64,000 nucleotides of DNA, from contig JBBRLQ010000013.1 in assembly GCA_038231275.1 (NCBI GenBank), positions 96,001 through 160,000 of the forward strand, in the 5' to 3' direction. The position numbers were made by a program, and so were the translations under genes. The DNA is from Polyangiales bacterium. Lineage in GTDB: Bacteria; Myxococcota_A; Polyangia; Polyangiales; Polyangiaceae. Every line of letters begins with the position of its first letter. Position 1 is the first letter of the stretch. The notes beneath the pieces were generated by a model. The model was not told the DNA's origin and searched no databases. It saw only the letters and a program-made list of their open reading frames with translations. Of this stretch, positions 47,791-57,522 are shown piece after piece.

Positions 47791-48741
47791 TCACAGATTG
47801 AAGGGTCCCCGCATATCGGGAGCGCTCTGCGCGCCGAGCAGCAGGGGCAACCCCAGCATTTTCTCGGTCGCCGCCAACGCCGAATAGTGGTTGATCGGAG
47901 TGGTCACCACCGTGCCCCGTGGAACCGATGGCGAGATGACCACGTTGGGAATCGGGGATTCCTCATCCCAGATGATGAAGATCGCGGTGTTGTTGGACAG
48001 GTACGCAGGGCTCTTCAAGATCTGGGGTACTAGCGCCGCGAGGAAGTCGTTGCCGGCGGTGACCGAGCAGTCGTGCATGTCGTTGCAGAGGTTCGGGGTG
48101 ACAAGGCTGAACGCTGGTAGGTTGTCATTGACCAGAGCGTTGATGAACGCACCCGCGGTGGCGGAGCCGAAGATCACGTCGTCTTGCAGGCAGGCGGATT
48201 GGTCGGTGCCGCCCCACATGTACAGCGCTGGGTTGCCAATGAAGGCGTATTGGGTGCCACCGGAATAGGCGCACTTGGAAGGCATGCCCTCTTCATACGA
48301 TCTCTCCTTCAAGCCCTTGGCGCGGACCTGTCGAAAGAGGTTGTCGTTGTCGGTGTGCACCGTCGCCGACGGAGTGCAGCTGCAATTGAACCCGTCGAGT
48401 ACGGCGGAATCGGTGATCCCGGTGGCGAGGGCGATGTAATTGGGCAGCGAGTCGTAGGCTGCTCCGGCGTCGCTCCAATTGCTCGCGGACCCGCACTGCT
48501 TCGCCAAGCCGGAAATATAGGGCGCGGCGGCATTGCCGATGACCTGGCTGTAGGTCTTGTTCTCCATCATGATCCAGATGACGTGCTTGTAGTCCGGTGG
48601 CGTGCTGAGGATCCCGCATGGCGACGTGGCCGTGAGCGCAGGTTGCATAGATTGAACCGCCTCGTCGTCGGTTGGGCCGGGACCGCAGCCCAGGGCGACG
48701 ACAACCAGAACACAGCAGCGTGTGATTCTCGAGCTCATCAT
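47791..48741 (-). CDS. Phosphoesterase/acid phosphatase family lipoprotein
   Basis: Lipobox ALGC; HVIWIMMENK, SLPNYIAL..G, P.FSLVTPNLCNDMHD, I.WDE, NHYS.L.T.E. Confidence 0.88.
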   Translation of the reverse strand: MMSSRITRCCVLVVVALGCGPGPTDDEAVQSMQPALTATSPCGILSTPPDYKHVIWIMMENKTYSQVIGNAAAPYISGLAKQCGSASNWSDAGAAYDSLPNYIALATGITDSAVLDGFNCSCTPSATVHTDNDNLFRQVRAKGLKERSYEEGMPSKCAYSGGTQYAFIGNPALYMWGGTDQSACLQDDVIFGSATAGAFINALVNDNLPAFSLVTPNLCNDMHDCSVTAGNDFLAALVPQILKSPAYLSNNTAIFIIWDEESPIPNVVISPSVPRGTVVTTPINHYSALAATEKMLGLPLLLGAQSAPDMRGPFNL

Positions 48742-48772
48742 GTGGCCTCGCCGTCGTGTGAATTCGCTCACG

Positions 48773-49516
48773 TTAGTAGATCACCATGTTTAGAAGCGCC
48801 GATCCGGCCTCTTCGACCGACGCGCCGTACGCGATTGCCCGATAGAGGCCCGGCTGAAGGGTGACCACGGGCGTTCTGGTCAGATCGTTCCTGATGACCG
48901 CGCCCGTGGCGTCGTTGATCAGCTTGACGTAAATGGCAATACCCGCCCCTTCGAACAAGCCGTAGGCATTGAAGCTGACTACCGGCGTCAGATACGTCGT
49001 GAAAGCGATGTTCATTTCGCTCACAGGAACGCCTTTTGAATTTTTGACGTAACCTCTCACCGACGAGCCCTTTACATAGATGCCCTGACCATGTCCTGCG
49101 AGATAATCGACCTCCGCTCCCGAGGCATAATCTGGATTGCCTGGGGCGGTGCCAACCGTGACGACGGTGTAGTTTCCCGTGATCAAGTTCGTCGCGTAGT
49201 TCACGCACTGACTACTGAAATGTTGGAGCAGCGTCCCGGTCGAATCATAGAGATCGCCGGGGTTTCCGTGGCAATTTCCTTGATTCAACTCGATGCTTCC
49301 CGCTGTCGAAGAACCTGACTTACTGAGCGTCAAGCCTAGAACGATGTGTCCCGTGGAATCATTCAGATTGCTTCCCCCCGAGATGGCGGTGACGCTACTC
49401 GAGCCGCCCAATCCTGCGACGTCGTGGCCTAGGCCCACTTCATCTCCTTCCGCGGCACATGCAGAAATGAACGCAAGAAATGCGAGAGTGGCAACAACAG
49501 TGATTAGTTTCAGCAT
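48773..49516 (-). CDS. Hypothetical beta-rich lipoprotein (AT-richer DNA)
   Basis: Lipobox ISAC; visibly more A/T-ending codons than the flanks. Confidence 0.7.
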   Translation of the reverse strand: MLKLITVVATLAFLAFISACAAEGDEVGLGHDVAGLGGSSSVTAISGGSNLNDSTGHIVLGLTLSKSGSSTAGSIELNQGNCHGNPGDLYDSTGTLLQHFSSQCVNYATNLITGNYTVVTVGTAPGNPDYASGAEVDYLAGHGQGIYVKGSSVRGYVKNSKGVPVSEMNIAFTTYLTPVVSFNAYGLFEGAGIAIYVKLINDATGAVIRNDLTRTPVVTLQPGLYRAIAYGASVEEAGSALLNMVIY

Positions 49517-49636
49517 GAGTAGTTGTTTCTCGGGTTGGTTTGATGGGTACGAACGGCGCACCGTTGAAGGACGAGTGCGGTTTGGTCGTGAAAAATGGAC
49601 GGCCGGCGGACACCACGGCCGCCTCGACTGTCCAGC

Positions 49637-50812
49637 TCAGTGGCGAGGAACGCAGCTCGCCGACATCCCGTCGACGATCGCCGCGAGCGTCGGCGGATCG
49701 GAGTAGACGTCCTCGCCCGAGCACTTCCCGGCGACGCACTGGATCTCTTTGGTCGACGTGATCCGCGAGTTGTAAAACCAGCCGAGGCCGGCGGTCTCGT
49801 TCGGCGCGTTGCCGCAGTAGAAGAAGCTGAGCGGCGTCTTCGGGTAGTCGTAGATCGCTCCCGGCGAGACCACGCTGTCGGCGGCGAAGCGCGCGAGCTC
49901 CTGCGGGTTTGGCGAGCCCGCGCACGTGCTAGTTCCCTCGATCTTGTTCAAGAGGGGCACCGCGAAGGTCACGTACGCGATGGGCGCGTTCGCGATGGGC
50001 GTCGGCGCACCCGGACACATCGTGATGGGCGGACCGGCGTAGGTCGACGGCGCGCAACCGTAGTCGATTCGCCCAAAGGGCGATCCCGCGGTGAGCAAGG
50101 CGTAGTCGAGCGTGTCACCGAGGCCGTAGTGCGCCATCGCGTAACTGATCGCGCCGGAGCCGGCAGAGTGCCCGATGGCGCAGAATCCCGCGGTTCGGCT
50201 CTTGCCGTGCGGCTGCGAAAACGCCCAACGGAACAGCGTCGCCGGACGACACGCGGCGGCGAGCGCGCTGTTCGCGACGGCCGAGACCTCCCAGTCGGTG
50301 GCCCATGCTGGCTGCACTGTGCGCATGCCCTTGGCCACGAGGCTTGCCGCGACGCCGTTCTGGTTGAAGAACGCCGTGCCGCCGACGCCGTTGTGGAGGA
50401 CGACGGTTGCACCCGATCCCCCGGGCGGTTCCGTCACCGCAACGGTCGCCGCGATGTCCTCGACCCCTGGGCACTGAACCGTCAGCCGCGTGCACGTGGC
50501 ACCGGCGGGACTGCCCGCGGACTTGGGGCAGGTCACCGTCGTGGCGCCCATTGTCGTTCCCGACGGCAGCACCACGCCGCCGCCGGCGCCGGGCCCGGTG
50601 TCGTCGCTGCCGGCGTCCGTGCCGCCACTCCCGTCGGGCGCAGGGCTTCCGAGATCGGAGCCGGCGTCGACGGTTTGGGCGCCGCCCTCCTCGTTGACCA
50701 CGCTCGGTCCGCCGTGCTCATCGGAGGTGCCCGCGGTCGCGCCGCTACATCCCAGCGCGCAGCATGCGAGGATCGACGGCGCCAGAAGAGCGAAGGACCT
50801 GCGATTGGGCAT
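49637..50812 (-). CDS. Lipoprotein alpha/beta-hydrolase-like protein (paralogue A)
   Basis: Lipobox ALGC; HNGVGG; ACRPAT..RW; FCAIGHSAGSGAISY; ends CVPRH. Confidence 0.8.
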   Translation of the reverse strand: MPNRRSFALLAPSILACCALGCSGATAGTSDEHGGPSVVNEEGGAQTVDAGSDLGSPAPDGSGGTDAGSDDTGPGAGGGVVLPSGTTMGATTVTCPKSAGSPAGATCTRLTVQCPGVEDIAATVAVTEPPGGSGATVVLHNGVGGTAFFNQNGVAASLVAKGMRTVQPAWATDWEVSAVANSALAAACRPATLFRWAFSQPHGKSRTAGFCAIGHSAGSGAISYAMAHYGLGDTLDYALLTAGSPFGRIDYGCAPSTYAGPPITMCPGAPTPIANAPIAYVTFAVPLLNKIEGTSTCAGSPNPQELARFAADSVVSPGAIYDYPKTPLSFFYCGNAPNETAGLGWFYNSRITSTKEIQCVAGKCSGEDVYSDPPTLAAIVDGMSASCVPRH

Positions 50813-50824
50813 GTCCGATCACGA

Positions 50825-50840
50825 AGCACCATGTGTGCCG
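50825..50840 (-). promoter_or_regulatory. Putative sigma54 promoter CGGCACACATGGTGCT
   Basis: GG-N10-GC with GGCAC core, 12 bp before ATG 50812. Confidence 0.6.
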
Positions 50841-50954
50841 CTCTGGATCGGCGAAATTAGGCCCGCGATCGGGGTCCCAAGAGCCTCACGCGGGCCTCGC
50901 GGTGCACACGTCGTGAGGCTCTTTCGGCCCCTGGACTTCGCGTCGTCCTCCTGC

Positions 50955-52322
50955 CTACGAATCGTCCCCGCCCTCGTCTTCTCGTGCGCCGCGGATGCCA
51001 TGCTCGGCGATCAGCCGGTGCAAGTACCGACGGTTGACGCCCGCCGAGGCCGCCGCCTTGGTGACGTTGCCTCCCGTGCGCTGAAGCAATGCTCTCACGT
51101 ACAGAACTTCGAAGCGCTGCGTCCACGCGAGCCGCGCATCCTTCAGCGGCAAGTCGATCGGAACGAGTGCTTCGCTCAGGATCGGCACCGGGGCTTCAGG
51201 AGCCATCGCCGGTGTCGCCTCGGTACGGGACATCGACCAACCCAAGCAAGCGCTCCGCTCGACGAAGTTCTTGAGCTCACGCACGTTGCCCGGCCAGCTC
51301 CGGCTCATGAGCGAGGCCAGCACCGGGCCGGGGAGCACGTCACCGCTCCCGGTGATGCGCGCGTAGAAGTGGTTCGCAAGGAGCGCGATGTCTTCGCGTC
51401 GTGCCCGTAGAGGAGGCAACGCGATCTCGCACACGGCCAGTCGATAGTACAGATCCTCCCGGAACGAGCCGTCGTTCACGCCGCGCGCCAGTGCTCGATT
51501 GGTCGCCGCGAGGACACGGACGTCGAGCTTGCGCGCCGTGTTTGCTCCCACGCGGCGCACCTCACGCGCCTCCAGCACGCGGAGGAGCTTCGGCTGGAGC
51601 GCGGGCGGGAGCTCGCCGATCTCGTCGAGAAAGATCGTCCCTCCTTCCGCCTCTTCGAAGAGGCCGCGGCGATCCTTGACCGCGCCGCTGAACGAGCCGC
51701 GCACGTGCCCGAAGAGCTCGCTCTCGATCAGGTTCTCCGCGATCGCCCCGCAGTCGACGGCGACGAACGGACCGGCGCTGCGCTTCGAGGCGTCGTGGAT
51801 GGCCCGGGCCAGGATCTCCTTTCCCGTCCCTGTTTCGCCCTGGATGAGGACGGTCGCATCGCTGGGCGCGATCATCTCGGCGATGGAGTACACGCGTCGC
51901 ATCTCGGGTCCGGCGCCCAGGACCCCACCGAAGCTGTCCTTCGTGGACAAGGACACGATGACCGGATCGTCCTCGAGCTCGACGCGAACCGACGTCGCGC
52001 CGAGCGTGAGCGTGCAGCCGGCGGTGAGCCTCGCCTCGATGACGTCGATCCCGTCGACGCGCGTTCCATTGGTGCTTCCGTTGTCGAGGAGCCGTATTCC
52101 CTCCGCGGATACGCGGATCTCGGCGTGCACGCGAGAGACGGTGGTGTCGGTCAAGCGAAGATGGCATCCCGGTGCGGTGCCGATGCGCGTGACGCCCGCC
52201 GACAGGTGCAGATCGCTGCCGCGGTCTGGGCCCTCGAGGACGCGCAGATAGACTGCCGCGAACTCGACGGTCGGCAGGCGCGGAAGGGCGTGCGTGGATT
52301 CCTCGGGCGATCGACCGGCCAT
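50955..52322 (-). CDS. FHA-domain sigma54 enhancer-binding protein
   Basis: FHA (IG, VSRVH, D.GSTNGT); AAA+ GETGTGKE, ESELFGH.RGSFSGA, FLDEIGE, WPGNVREL; Fis HTH. Confidence 0.93.
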   Translation of the reverse strand: MAGRSPEESTHALPRLPTVEFAAVYLRVLEGPDRGSDLHLSAGVTRIGTAPGCHLRLTDTTVSRVHAEIRVSAEGIRLLDNGSTNGTRVDGIDVIEARLTAGCTLTLGATSVRVELEDDPVIVSLSTKDSFGGVLGAGPEMRRVYSIAEMIAPSDATVLIQGETGTGKEILARAIHDASKRSAGPFVAVDCGAIAENLIESELFGHVRGSFSGAVKDRRGLFEEAEGGTIFLDEIGELPPALQPKLLRVLEAREVRRVGANTARKLDVRVLAATNRALARGVNDGSFREDLYYRLAVCEIALPPLRARREDIALLANHFYARITGSGDVLPGPVLASLMSRSWPGNVRELKNFVERSACLGWSMSRTEATPAMAPEAPVPILSEALVPIDLPLKDARLAWTQRFEVLYVRALLQRTGGNVTKAAASAGVNRRYLHRLIAEHGIRGAREDEGGDDS

Positions 52323-52351
52323 GGCTCAGAGTAGCGTGGTACCCTTCACGT

Positions 52352-53506
52352 GTGCTCGCTCCGCGCCGTGGGGCCTTGCTCGCGGGATTTGCGGCCACCG
52401 CGGCGGCGCTGGTTGCGTGCGGCCTGGCGTTTCCCATCCACCGAGGTTCGGAGCCCGACGCTGGCCCCGAGGGGGGCGGCGCGTGCAGCCAAGATCTGGG
52501 GACCGACCCGCGCAACTGCGGCGCGTGCCAACATGATTGTCTGGGCGGCGAATGCCAGGCAGGAGAATGTCAGCCCTTCGACTGCGGGCCGACCATGCTG
52601 GCCGGAGGGAGCACCCTCGGGATCGCGCTCTCTCCCGAATTTCTCTACTGGACCGTGTACGCACCCGGCGGTCCACAGCCTGGTCAAGGTGAGTTGCTGC
52701 GCTGCCCGTTGACGGGGTGCACCAAGTCGGTGGCTCCAACGGTCGTCGATCAAGGAATGCGTCCGTCGCTCATCGCGCTCGACCGGACGTACGTGTATTT
52801 CACCGAGGCGGGCGGCACGTCGCGGCCCGGGAGCATTCGACGGTGCGCCGTGGACGGCGGAGGGTGCTCCGAGATCGTTCCTGCCGCGTCCGAGCCCTAC
52901 GGCATCACGGCGACCGACGCGCAGCTTTACTGGACAGCCGACTACATGGGGACAAATGGTTCCATCATGAGCTGCGCGCTGCCAGCGTGTGGAAGCATCG
53001 TGACCGTCGCGACCAAGCAGCCCCACCCTTCGCACATCACGAGCGCGCAGGGCCATCTGTACTGGACCTTGGAGGACAGAGGCGGCGGCCTTCAAACGAT
53101 GAAGATCGACGACTCCGGCGCCCCGCCATCACCCTTCGGCAGCCCTGGGTTCGCGACGGGACTCGCGGTCGACGTCGACGGCGGCCGCATCTACTGGGGA
53201 GATCGGGAGCTGATGCAGGAGGCCATGCTCGATGCGGGCGCACCCGCCCTTCCCGTGACGAGCACCCCTGTCATGGAGGCTCGAAGCATCGCCGTCGACG
53301 AGAAGAACGTCTACTTCATCGGCGACCGGGGGACGACGGTGAACCGCATCGCGCGCGGCTTCGCGACCACGACCGCGATCCAAAAGCTCGCGACGAGTGA
53401 TCCGAGCGCCGATGGCTACTGGATGGAGATCGCCGTCGGACCGACGCTGATTTATTGGACCACGGGCAACGGAAACTCGGTCAGGTGCCTCCTCAAGCCT
53501 CCGTGA
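52352..53506 (+). CDS. Lipoprotein with Cys-rich domain and YW-type beta-propeller
   Basis: LVAC lipobox; D..NCGAC...C..G.C; repeated GIA.D...LYW blades. Confidence 0.8.
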   Translation: MLAPRRGALLAGFAATAAALVACGLAFPIHRGSEPDAGPEGGGACSQDLGTDPRNCGACQHDCLGGECQAGECQPFDCGPTMLAGGSTLGIALSPEFLYWTVYAPGGPQPGQGELLRCPLTGCTKSVAPTVVDQGMRPSLIALDRTYVYFTEAGGTSRPGSIRRCAVDGGGCSEIVPAASEPYGITATDAQLYWTADYMGTNGSIMSCALPACGSIVTVATKQPHPSHITSAQGHLYWTLEDRGGGLQTMKIDDSGAPPSPFGSPGFATGLAVDVDGGRIYWGDRELMQEAMLDAGAPALPVTSTPVMEARSIAVDEKNVYFIGDRGTTVNRIARGFATTTAIQKLATSDPSADGYWMEIAVGPTLIYWTTGNGNSVRCLLKPP

Positions 53507-53539
53507 CCGCGAGCAGTCCCCTGGTGCTATCCTGAGGAC

Positions 53540-55069
53540 GTGGCGACGACGCGTCCAGTTGCCCCGCTGTCGATCGGTCGGTACATCGTCTACGACGAGA
53601 TCGCCGCCGGCGGAATGGCCTCCGTTCACTACGGGAGGCTCCTCGGGTCGAGCGGGTTCGCGCGCACGGTCGCGATCAAGAAGCTGCATTCGCACTTCGC
53701 GCGCGACCCGGAATTTCGCGCCATGCTGCTCGACGAAGCGCGACTCGCGAGCCGGATCCGCCATCCCAACGTGGTGAGCACGTTGGACGTCGTCGCACGG
53801 GGCGATGAGCTCCTTCTCGTCATGGAGTACGTGCACGGCGAGTCCCTATCTTCCCTCCTGCGACTGGCCCACGACGCTGGAGGTCCCCCGCTTCCCATCG
53901 TGGCCGCGCTCGTCTCCGGCATGCTCCACGGTTTGCATGCAGCCCATGAAGCGAGAGACGAGGACGGCGAGCCTCTTCACATCGTTCACCGCGACGTCTC
54001 GCCGCAAAACGTGATGGTCGGCGCCGACGGCGTCGCGCGCGTTCTCGACTTCGGCGTCGCCAAGGCGGCGGGACGATCGCAGACGACGCGTGATGGCCAG
54101 GTCAAAGGCAAGCTCGCGTACATGGCCATCGAACAGCTGCGCGGCGGGGTCATCGATCGCAGGACGGACGTGTACGCCGCCGGCGTCGTGCTGTGGGAGG
54201 CGCTGACCGGCAAACGCCTCTTCGCCGGAGACAACGAAGGGATGACGGTGACCAACATCCTCGAGCGGCCACCGCAGCCACCGAGCACGTGCGTTGCGGG
54301 GCTCCCCAAAGAGGTCGACGACATCACGCTACGCGCGCTCGCGCGGTCGCCGGCCAAACGCTTCGAGACCGCGCGAGACATGGCGATCGCGCTCGAGACG
54401 GCCGTAGCGATCGCGAGCCCAGGGCGCGTGGCCGCGTGGGTGGAGAGCGTCGTCGGCGAAACGCTCGCTCGCCGCACGAGCGTCGTCGGCACGATCGAGC
54501 GCGACTCGCGCGACCGTGGCGGCGCTTCGATGACAGCCGCGGAAAACGCGACGAGCCTCCTCGGGGACGAGGCATCGCGTGTCAGCATTCGCACCATCGG
54601 CACCGGCCCGGAGCCATCGCCCCCCGGCGATCCTGCTACCCGATCCGAGCTTTCGATCTCGGTCGCGCGGGCGGTCTTCCTTCCGAAGCGACGACGGCTT
54701 TGGTTCGTGTCGGCGGGCGCGATCGCGATCGTGACAGCGCTCGGCTTCGGCCTGCGGCACTCTCCCAAACCCGCGGGTGTTCGCCCGTCGCCGCCGGACG
54801 CGCCGGTGCCCGCGACCTCTGGCTCCTCGTCTGCCCCCGCGCCCGCGACCCGCGCGTCGGCCGGGATCGTCGCTGCGTCGTCGCCGTCGGCGCCGAGCCC
54901 GCCGCCCCTGCGCCGTGCCCCCCGTCGGACCGACCCTCCCGCCACGGCCGCGCCGCCTCCGCCTCCGCCTCCGCCTGCCACAGAGCCGCCGGCTCCTTCG
55001 GCGAAGCCATGCCCGCTCAAGCCGTACACGGATGACGATGGCATCGTGCGCTTTCGTCGCGAGTGCTGA
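53540..55069 (+). CDS. Membrane Ser/Thr protein kinase
   Basis: GGMA.V, VAIK, HRDVSPQN, DFGVAK, GKLAYM, DVYAAG; TM helix; Pro-rich tail ending C...D.DG....REC. Confidence 0.95.
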   Translation: MATTRPVAPLSIGRYIVYDEIAAGGMASVHYGRLLGSSGFARTVAIKKLHSHFARDPEFRAMLLDEARLASRIRHPNVVSTLDVVARGDELLLVMEYVHGESLSSLLRLAHDAGGPPLPIVAALVSGMLHGLHAAHEARDEDGEPLHIVHRDVSPQNVMVGADGVARVLDFGVAKAAGRSQTTRDGQVKGKLAYMAIEQLRGGVIDRRTDVYAAGVVLWEALTGKRLFAGDNEGMTVTNILERPPQPPSTCVAGLPKEVDDITLRALARSPAKRFETARDMAIALETAVAIASPGRVAAWVESVVGETLARRTSVVGTIERDSRDRGGASMTAAENATSLLGDEASRVSIRTIGTGPEPSPPGDPATRSELSISVARAVFLPKRRRLWFVSAGAIAIVTALGFGLRHSPKPAGVRPSPPDAPVPATSGSSSAPAPATRASAGIVAASSPSAPSPPPLRRAPRRTDPPATAAPPPPPPPPATEPPAPSAKPCPLKPYTDDDGIVRFRREC

Positions 55070-55072
55070 GCG

Positions 55073-55891
55073 ATGCTCCTCGCGCGGCGCCTTTTCTTGA
55101 CGACGGTGTGTCCCCTGCTCGCGCTAGGGCTACGCGCTCCTCCGGCGCACGCGGACCAAGGCGCCGGCGCGAACGCCGAGGAAAAGTGCCTGTCGGCCGA
55201 GGTCGAAGGCCAGAAGCTCCAGCGAAAAGGGAGGCTCCTCGATGCGCGGACCCGCTTCGAGGCATGCTCGCGCGCGAGCTGCCCGACGGAGGTCATTGAC
55301 TATTGCGCGAAATGGCTCGTGGACGTTCGCGCTCTGATTCCCAGCGTCATCGTCGTGGTCCGTGACGCGCGCGGACGCGACGTCCCCGAGGCGCGCGTCT
55401 TCGTCGACAACGGGCTCGCCGCAGGCGCCGGCACGGGAAGTGCGATCGAGCTCGATCCGGGGAAGCACGCGTTTCGCTTCGAGCAACCCCTTGGAGCGTC
55501 GGTCTCGCAAGAGATCCTCATCCGCGAGGGCGACAAGGCACGAAGGCTGATCGTGACGCTCCCCAATGCCGTCACGCCGCCTGCGCGGCCTCCTCCGTCC
55601 GCCGCGGTCTACGTTCTGGGAGCCTTGGGCGTCGTCGGCGCCGGCGTCTTCGCATACGCGGGGCTCCGCGGGCTGAGCGATCGATCGAGCTTTGGATGCG
55701 GGACACCTGCCGGATGTACGGGCTCCCATTTCGACCAGGTCAAAACCGAGTACATCGTCGCGGACATCGGGCTCGGTGTCGCGATCGCTTCCTTCGCCGC
55801 CGCCGCCGTTCTCTACTTCACGCGGAGGCCGGTCGAGCGCATCGAAGGGGCGCCGGTGATCGGGCGCGCGGGAGGTCTCATTCAGTTTTGA
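55073..55891 (+). CDS. Kinase-associated exported protein (TPR/PEGA-like)
   Basis: Signal peptide, C....CP......C..W, V.VD....ELDPG.H, C-terminal TM helices. Confidence 0.75.
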   Translation: MLLARRLFLTTVCPLLALGLRAPPAHADQGAGANAEEKCLSAEVEGQKLQRKGRLLDARTRFEACSRASCPTEVIDYCAKWLVDVRALIPSVIVVVRDARGRDVPEARVFVDNGLAAGAGTGSAIELDPGKHAFRFEQPLGASVSQEILIREGDKARRLIVTLPNAVTPPARPPPSAAVYVLGALGVVGAGVFAYAGLRGLSDRSSFGCGTPAGCTGSHFDQVKTEYIVADIGLGVAIASFAAAAVLYFTRRPVERIEGAPVIGRAGGLIQF

Positions 55892-56074
55892 CCGGGGACC
55901 CCAATGGGCTCGGGTACGTGAATCGTCGGAATGAGGACAGGAGTGAGAACTCCTGGGCCTCACCGCCGAGCAGCAACGGCCGCGTGAGGCCCCGAGGGCC
56001 CCTCGGAGCGTAGGACGCGGCCGTGGATTCGCGGGAATAGGGCGGGAAATTCGCTGCTTCGACTCACGATGCGG

Positions 56075-56090
56075 CGGCACGCCACTTGCG
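56075..56090 (+). promoter_or_regulatory. Sigma54 promoter CGGCACGCCACTTGCG
   Basis: Near-consensus YGGCACG-N4-TTGC, about 14 bp before ATG 56104. Confidence 0.75.
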
Positions 56091-56103
56091 ATGGTCCGTC
56101 TCC

Positions 56104-57261
56104 ATGCGGCACATCATCGCGTACGTTCTGGTCGGTGCGGGGATTGGTACGGCGTGCTCGAGCGCGGGTCCGAGCGACGTGGGCCCAGGCGCGGCGGCGC
56201 CCGAGGGCGGCATCGCCAGCGATGGCGGGCCGCCCGGCAACAACGACGGCGGCGGCGATCCTGGCGTAGACGGCGCTGGGCCGGCGGCCGACAGCGCGTC
56301 CTCGACCGATGCCCCGCCGACGGGGAACGGTGGCGCGCGCCCTCTCGGCACCGTCACCGACAAGGGCGCGACGCCGAACTGCGTCGCGGGGGCCACGTGC
56401 CGCACGCTCACCGTGGCCTGTCCCGGTGCCGCGCCGCTCGACGTCAACGTCCAGATGCAGGAGCCCACGGTACCGGTTTTGGGCACGATCGTCGTCCACG
56501 ACGGCGGCGGAGGGATCACCTTCTTCGGACGCGGCGCGCTCACCGCCCGATACCTCGCGAAGGGTTACCGGATCGTCGACATGGCATGGGCGAACGATTG
56601 GGAGAAGACATCGATGGGCGCCGGGAGCATCAAGGCGGGCGCGTGCCGGCCGGCGACGGTCTTGAAATGGGCGTTCGACAATGTGCACAAAGGCAGCCGC
56701 GACCAAGGCTTCTGCGCGCAGGGCCAAAGCGGCGGCTCCGGCGCCATGAGCTACGCGCTCGCGGCGTACGGCATGGAAGACTACCTGGACTACGTCATGC
56801 TCACGCAGGGGCCCCCCTTCGGCAGAATGGACTGCGGCTGCGATCCGAGCGCGGCCGGTTGCGCGTCGGTCCCCGCGCTCTGCCCGGAGATCGCGAACGC
56901 TTCGCTAGCATTGCCCGGGGGCAAAATCGACGAGTGGGCAGGCGTCAGCTCGTGCACGGCCGGCATCTCCGCGGCCGACGTGGCGAAGCTCGCAGCAGAC
57001 AGCGTCGCCTCGCCGGACGACGACTTCGACTATCCGAAAACCCACGTGAGCGGTTGGTATTGCGCGATGCGGCCGAACGGCACGACGGGCGGCGGCGCGT
57101 TCTACCTCGCGAAGGTGCAACCCGCGCCGAAGGTCTTCTGCTCGCCGGACTGCGAGGTGGAGAGCATCTATCAGACGACCGCGACGCTCACCGGAGGCGC
57201 GCTCGTCGCAGACCAGATGCTCTCGGAGATGACGGCGGAGTGCGTGCCGCGTCATCGGTGA
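56104..57261 (+). CDS. Lipoprotein alpha/beta-hydrolase-like protein (paralogue B)
   Basis: Lipobox GTAC; HDGGGG; ACRPAT..KW; FCAQGQSGGSGAMSY; ends CVPRHR. Confidence 0.8.
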   Translation: MRHIIAYVLVGAGIGTACSSAGPSDVGPGAAAPEGGIASDGGPPGNNDGGGDPGVDGAGPAADSASSTDAPPTGNGGARPLGTVTDKGATPNCVAGATCRTLTVACPGAAPLDVNVQMQEPTVPVLGTIVVHDGGGGITFFGRGALTARYLAKGYRIVDMAWANDWEKTSMGAGSIKAGACRPATVLKWAFDNVHKGSRDQGFCAQGQSGGSGAMSYALAAYGMEDYLDYVMLTQGPPFGRMDCGCDPSAAGCASVPALCPEIANASLALPGGKIDEWAGVSSCTAGISAADVAKLAADSVASPDDDFDYPKTHVSGWYCAMRPNGTTGGGAFYLAKVQPAPKVFCSPDCEVESIYQTTATLTGGALVADQMLSEMTAECVPRHR

Positions 57262-57303
57262 TGGCCTAGCTCGGCGAGCTTTGCATGCATAGTGCACTGA
57301 TAG

Positions 57304-57500
57304 TCCGCTACGGTCGACTGGACCGTCGCAGGCGGCGATTACGTCTGGCTGTCGGCAGTGCTCGGGCACACGGACCGCGAGACGACGCAAGGCTACCTCG
57401 ACTCCGCGGCAATCCTCCGCGCGACGTTTCGCGTCCCGCACCCGGCACTTCCTGGAAGGGGCACGGTAACGGGCAGGCCCATTGTGGAAGCGACGAGTCA
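57304..57500 (+). pseudogene. C-terminal remnant of a tyrosine recombinase/integrase
   Basis: Translates as ATVDWTVAGGDYVWLSAVLGHTDRETTQGYL (box II LGH..TT..Y); in-frame TAG at 57301 and no N-terminal part; right end approximate. Confidence 0.75.
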
Positions 57501-57522
57501 GCGTAAAAAAAGCCAAAAATCA

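Noticed and set aside
49540..49570. Sigma54 promoter for gene 48773-49516
   Set aside because: Best candidate is GG-N10-GT and lacks the GGCAC core.
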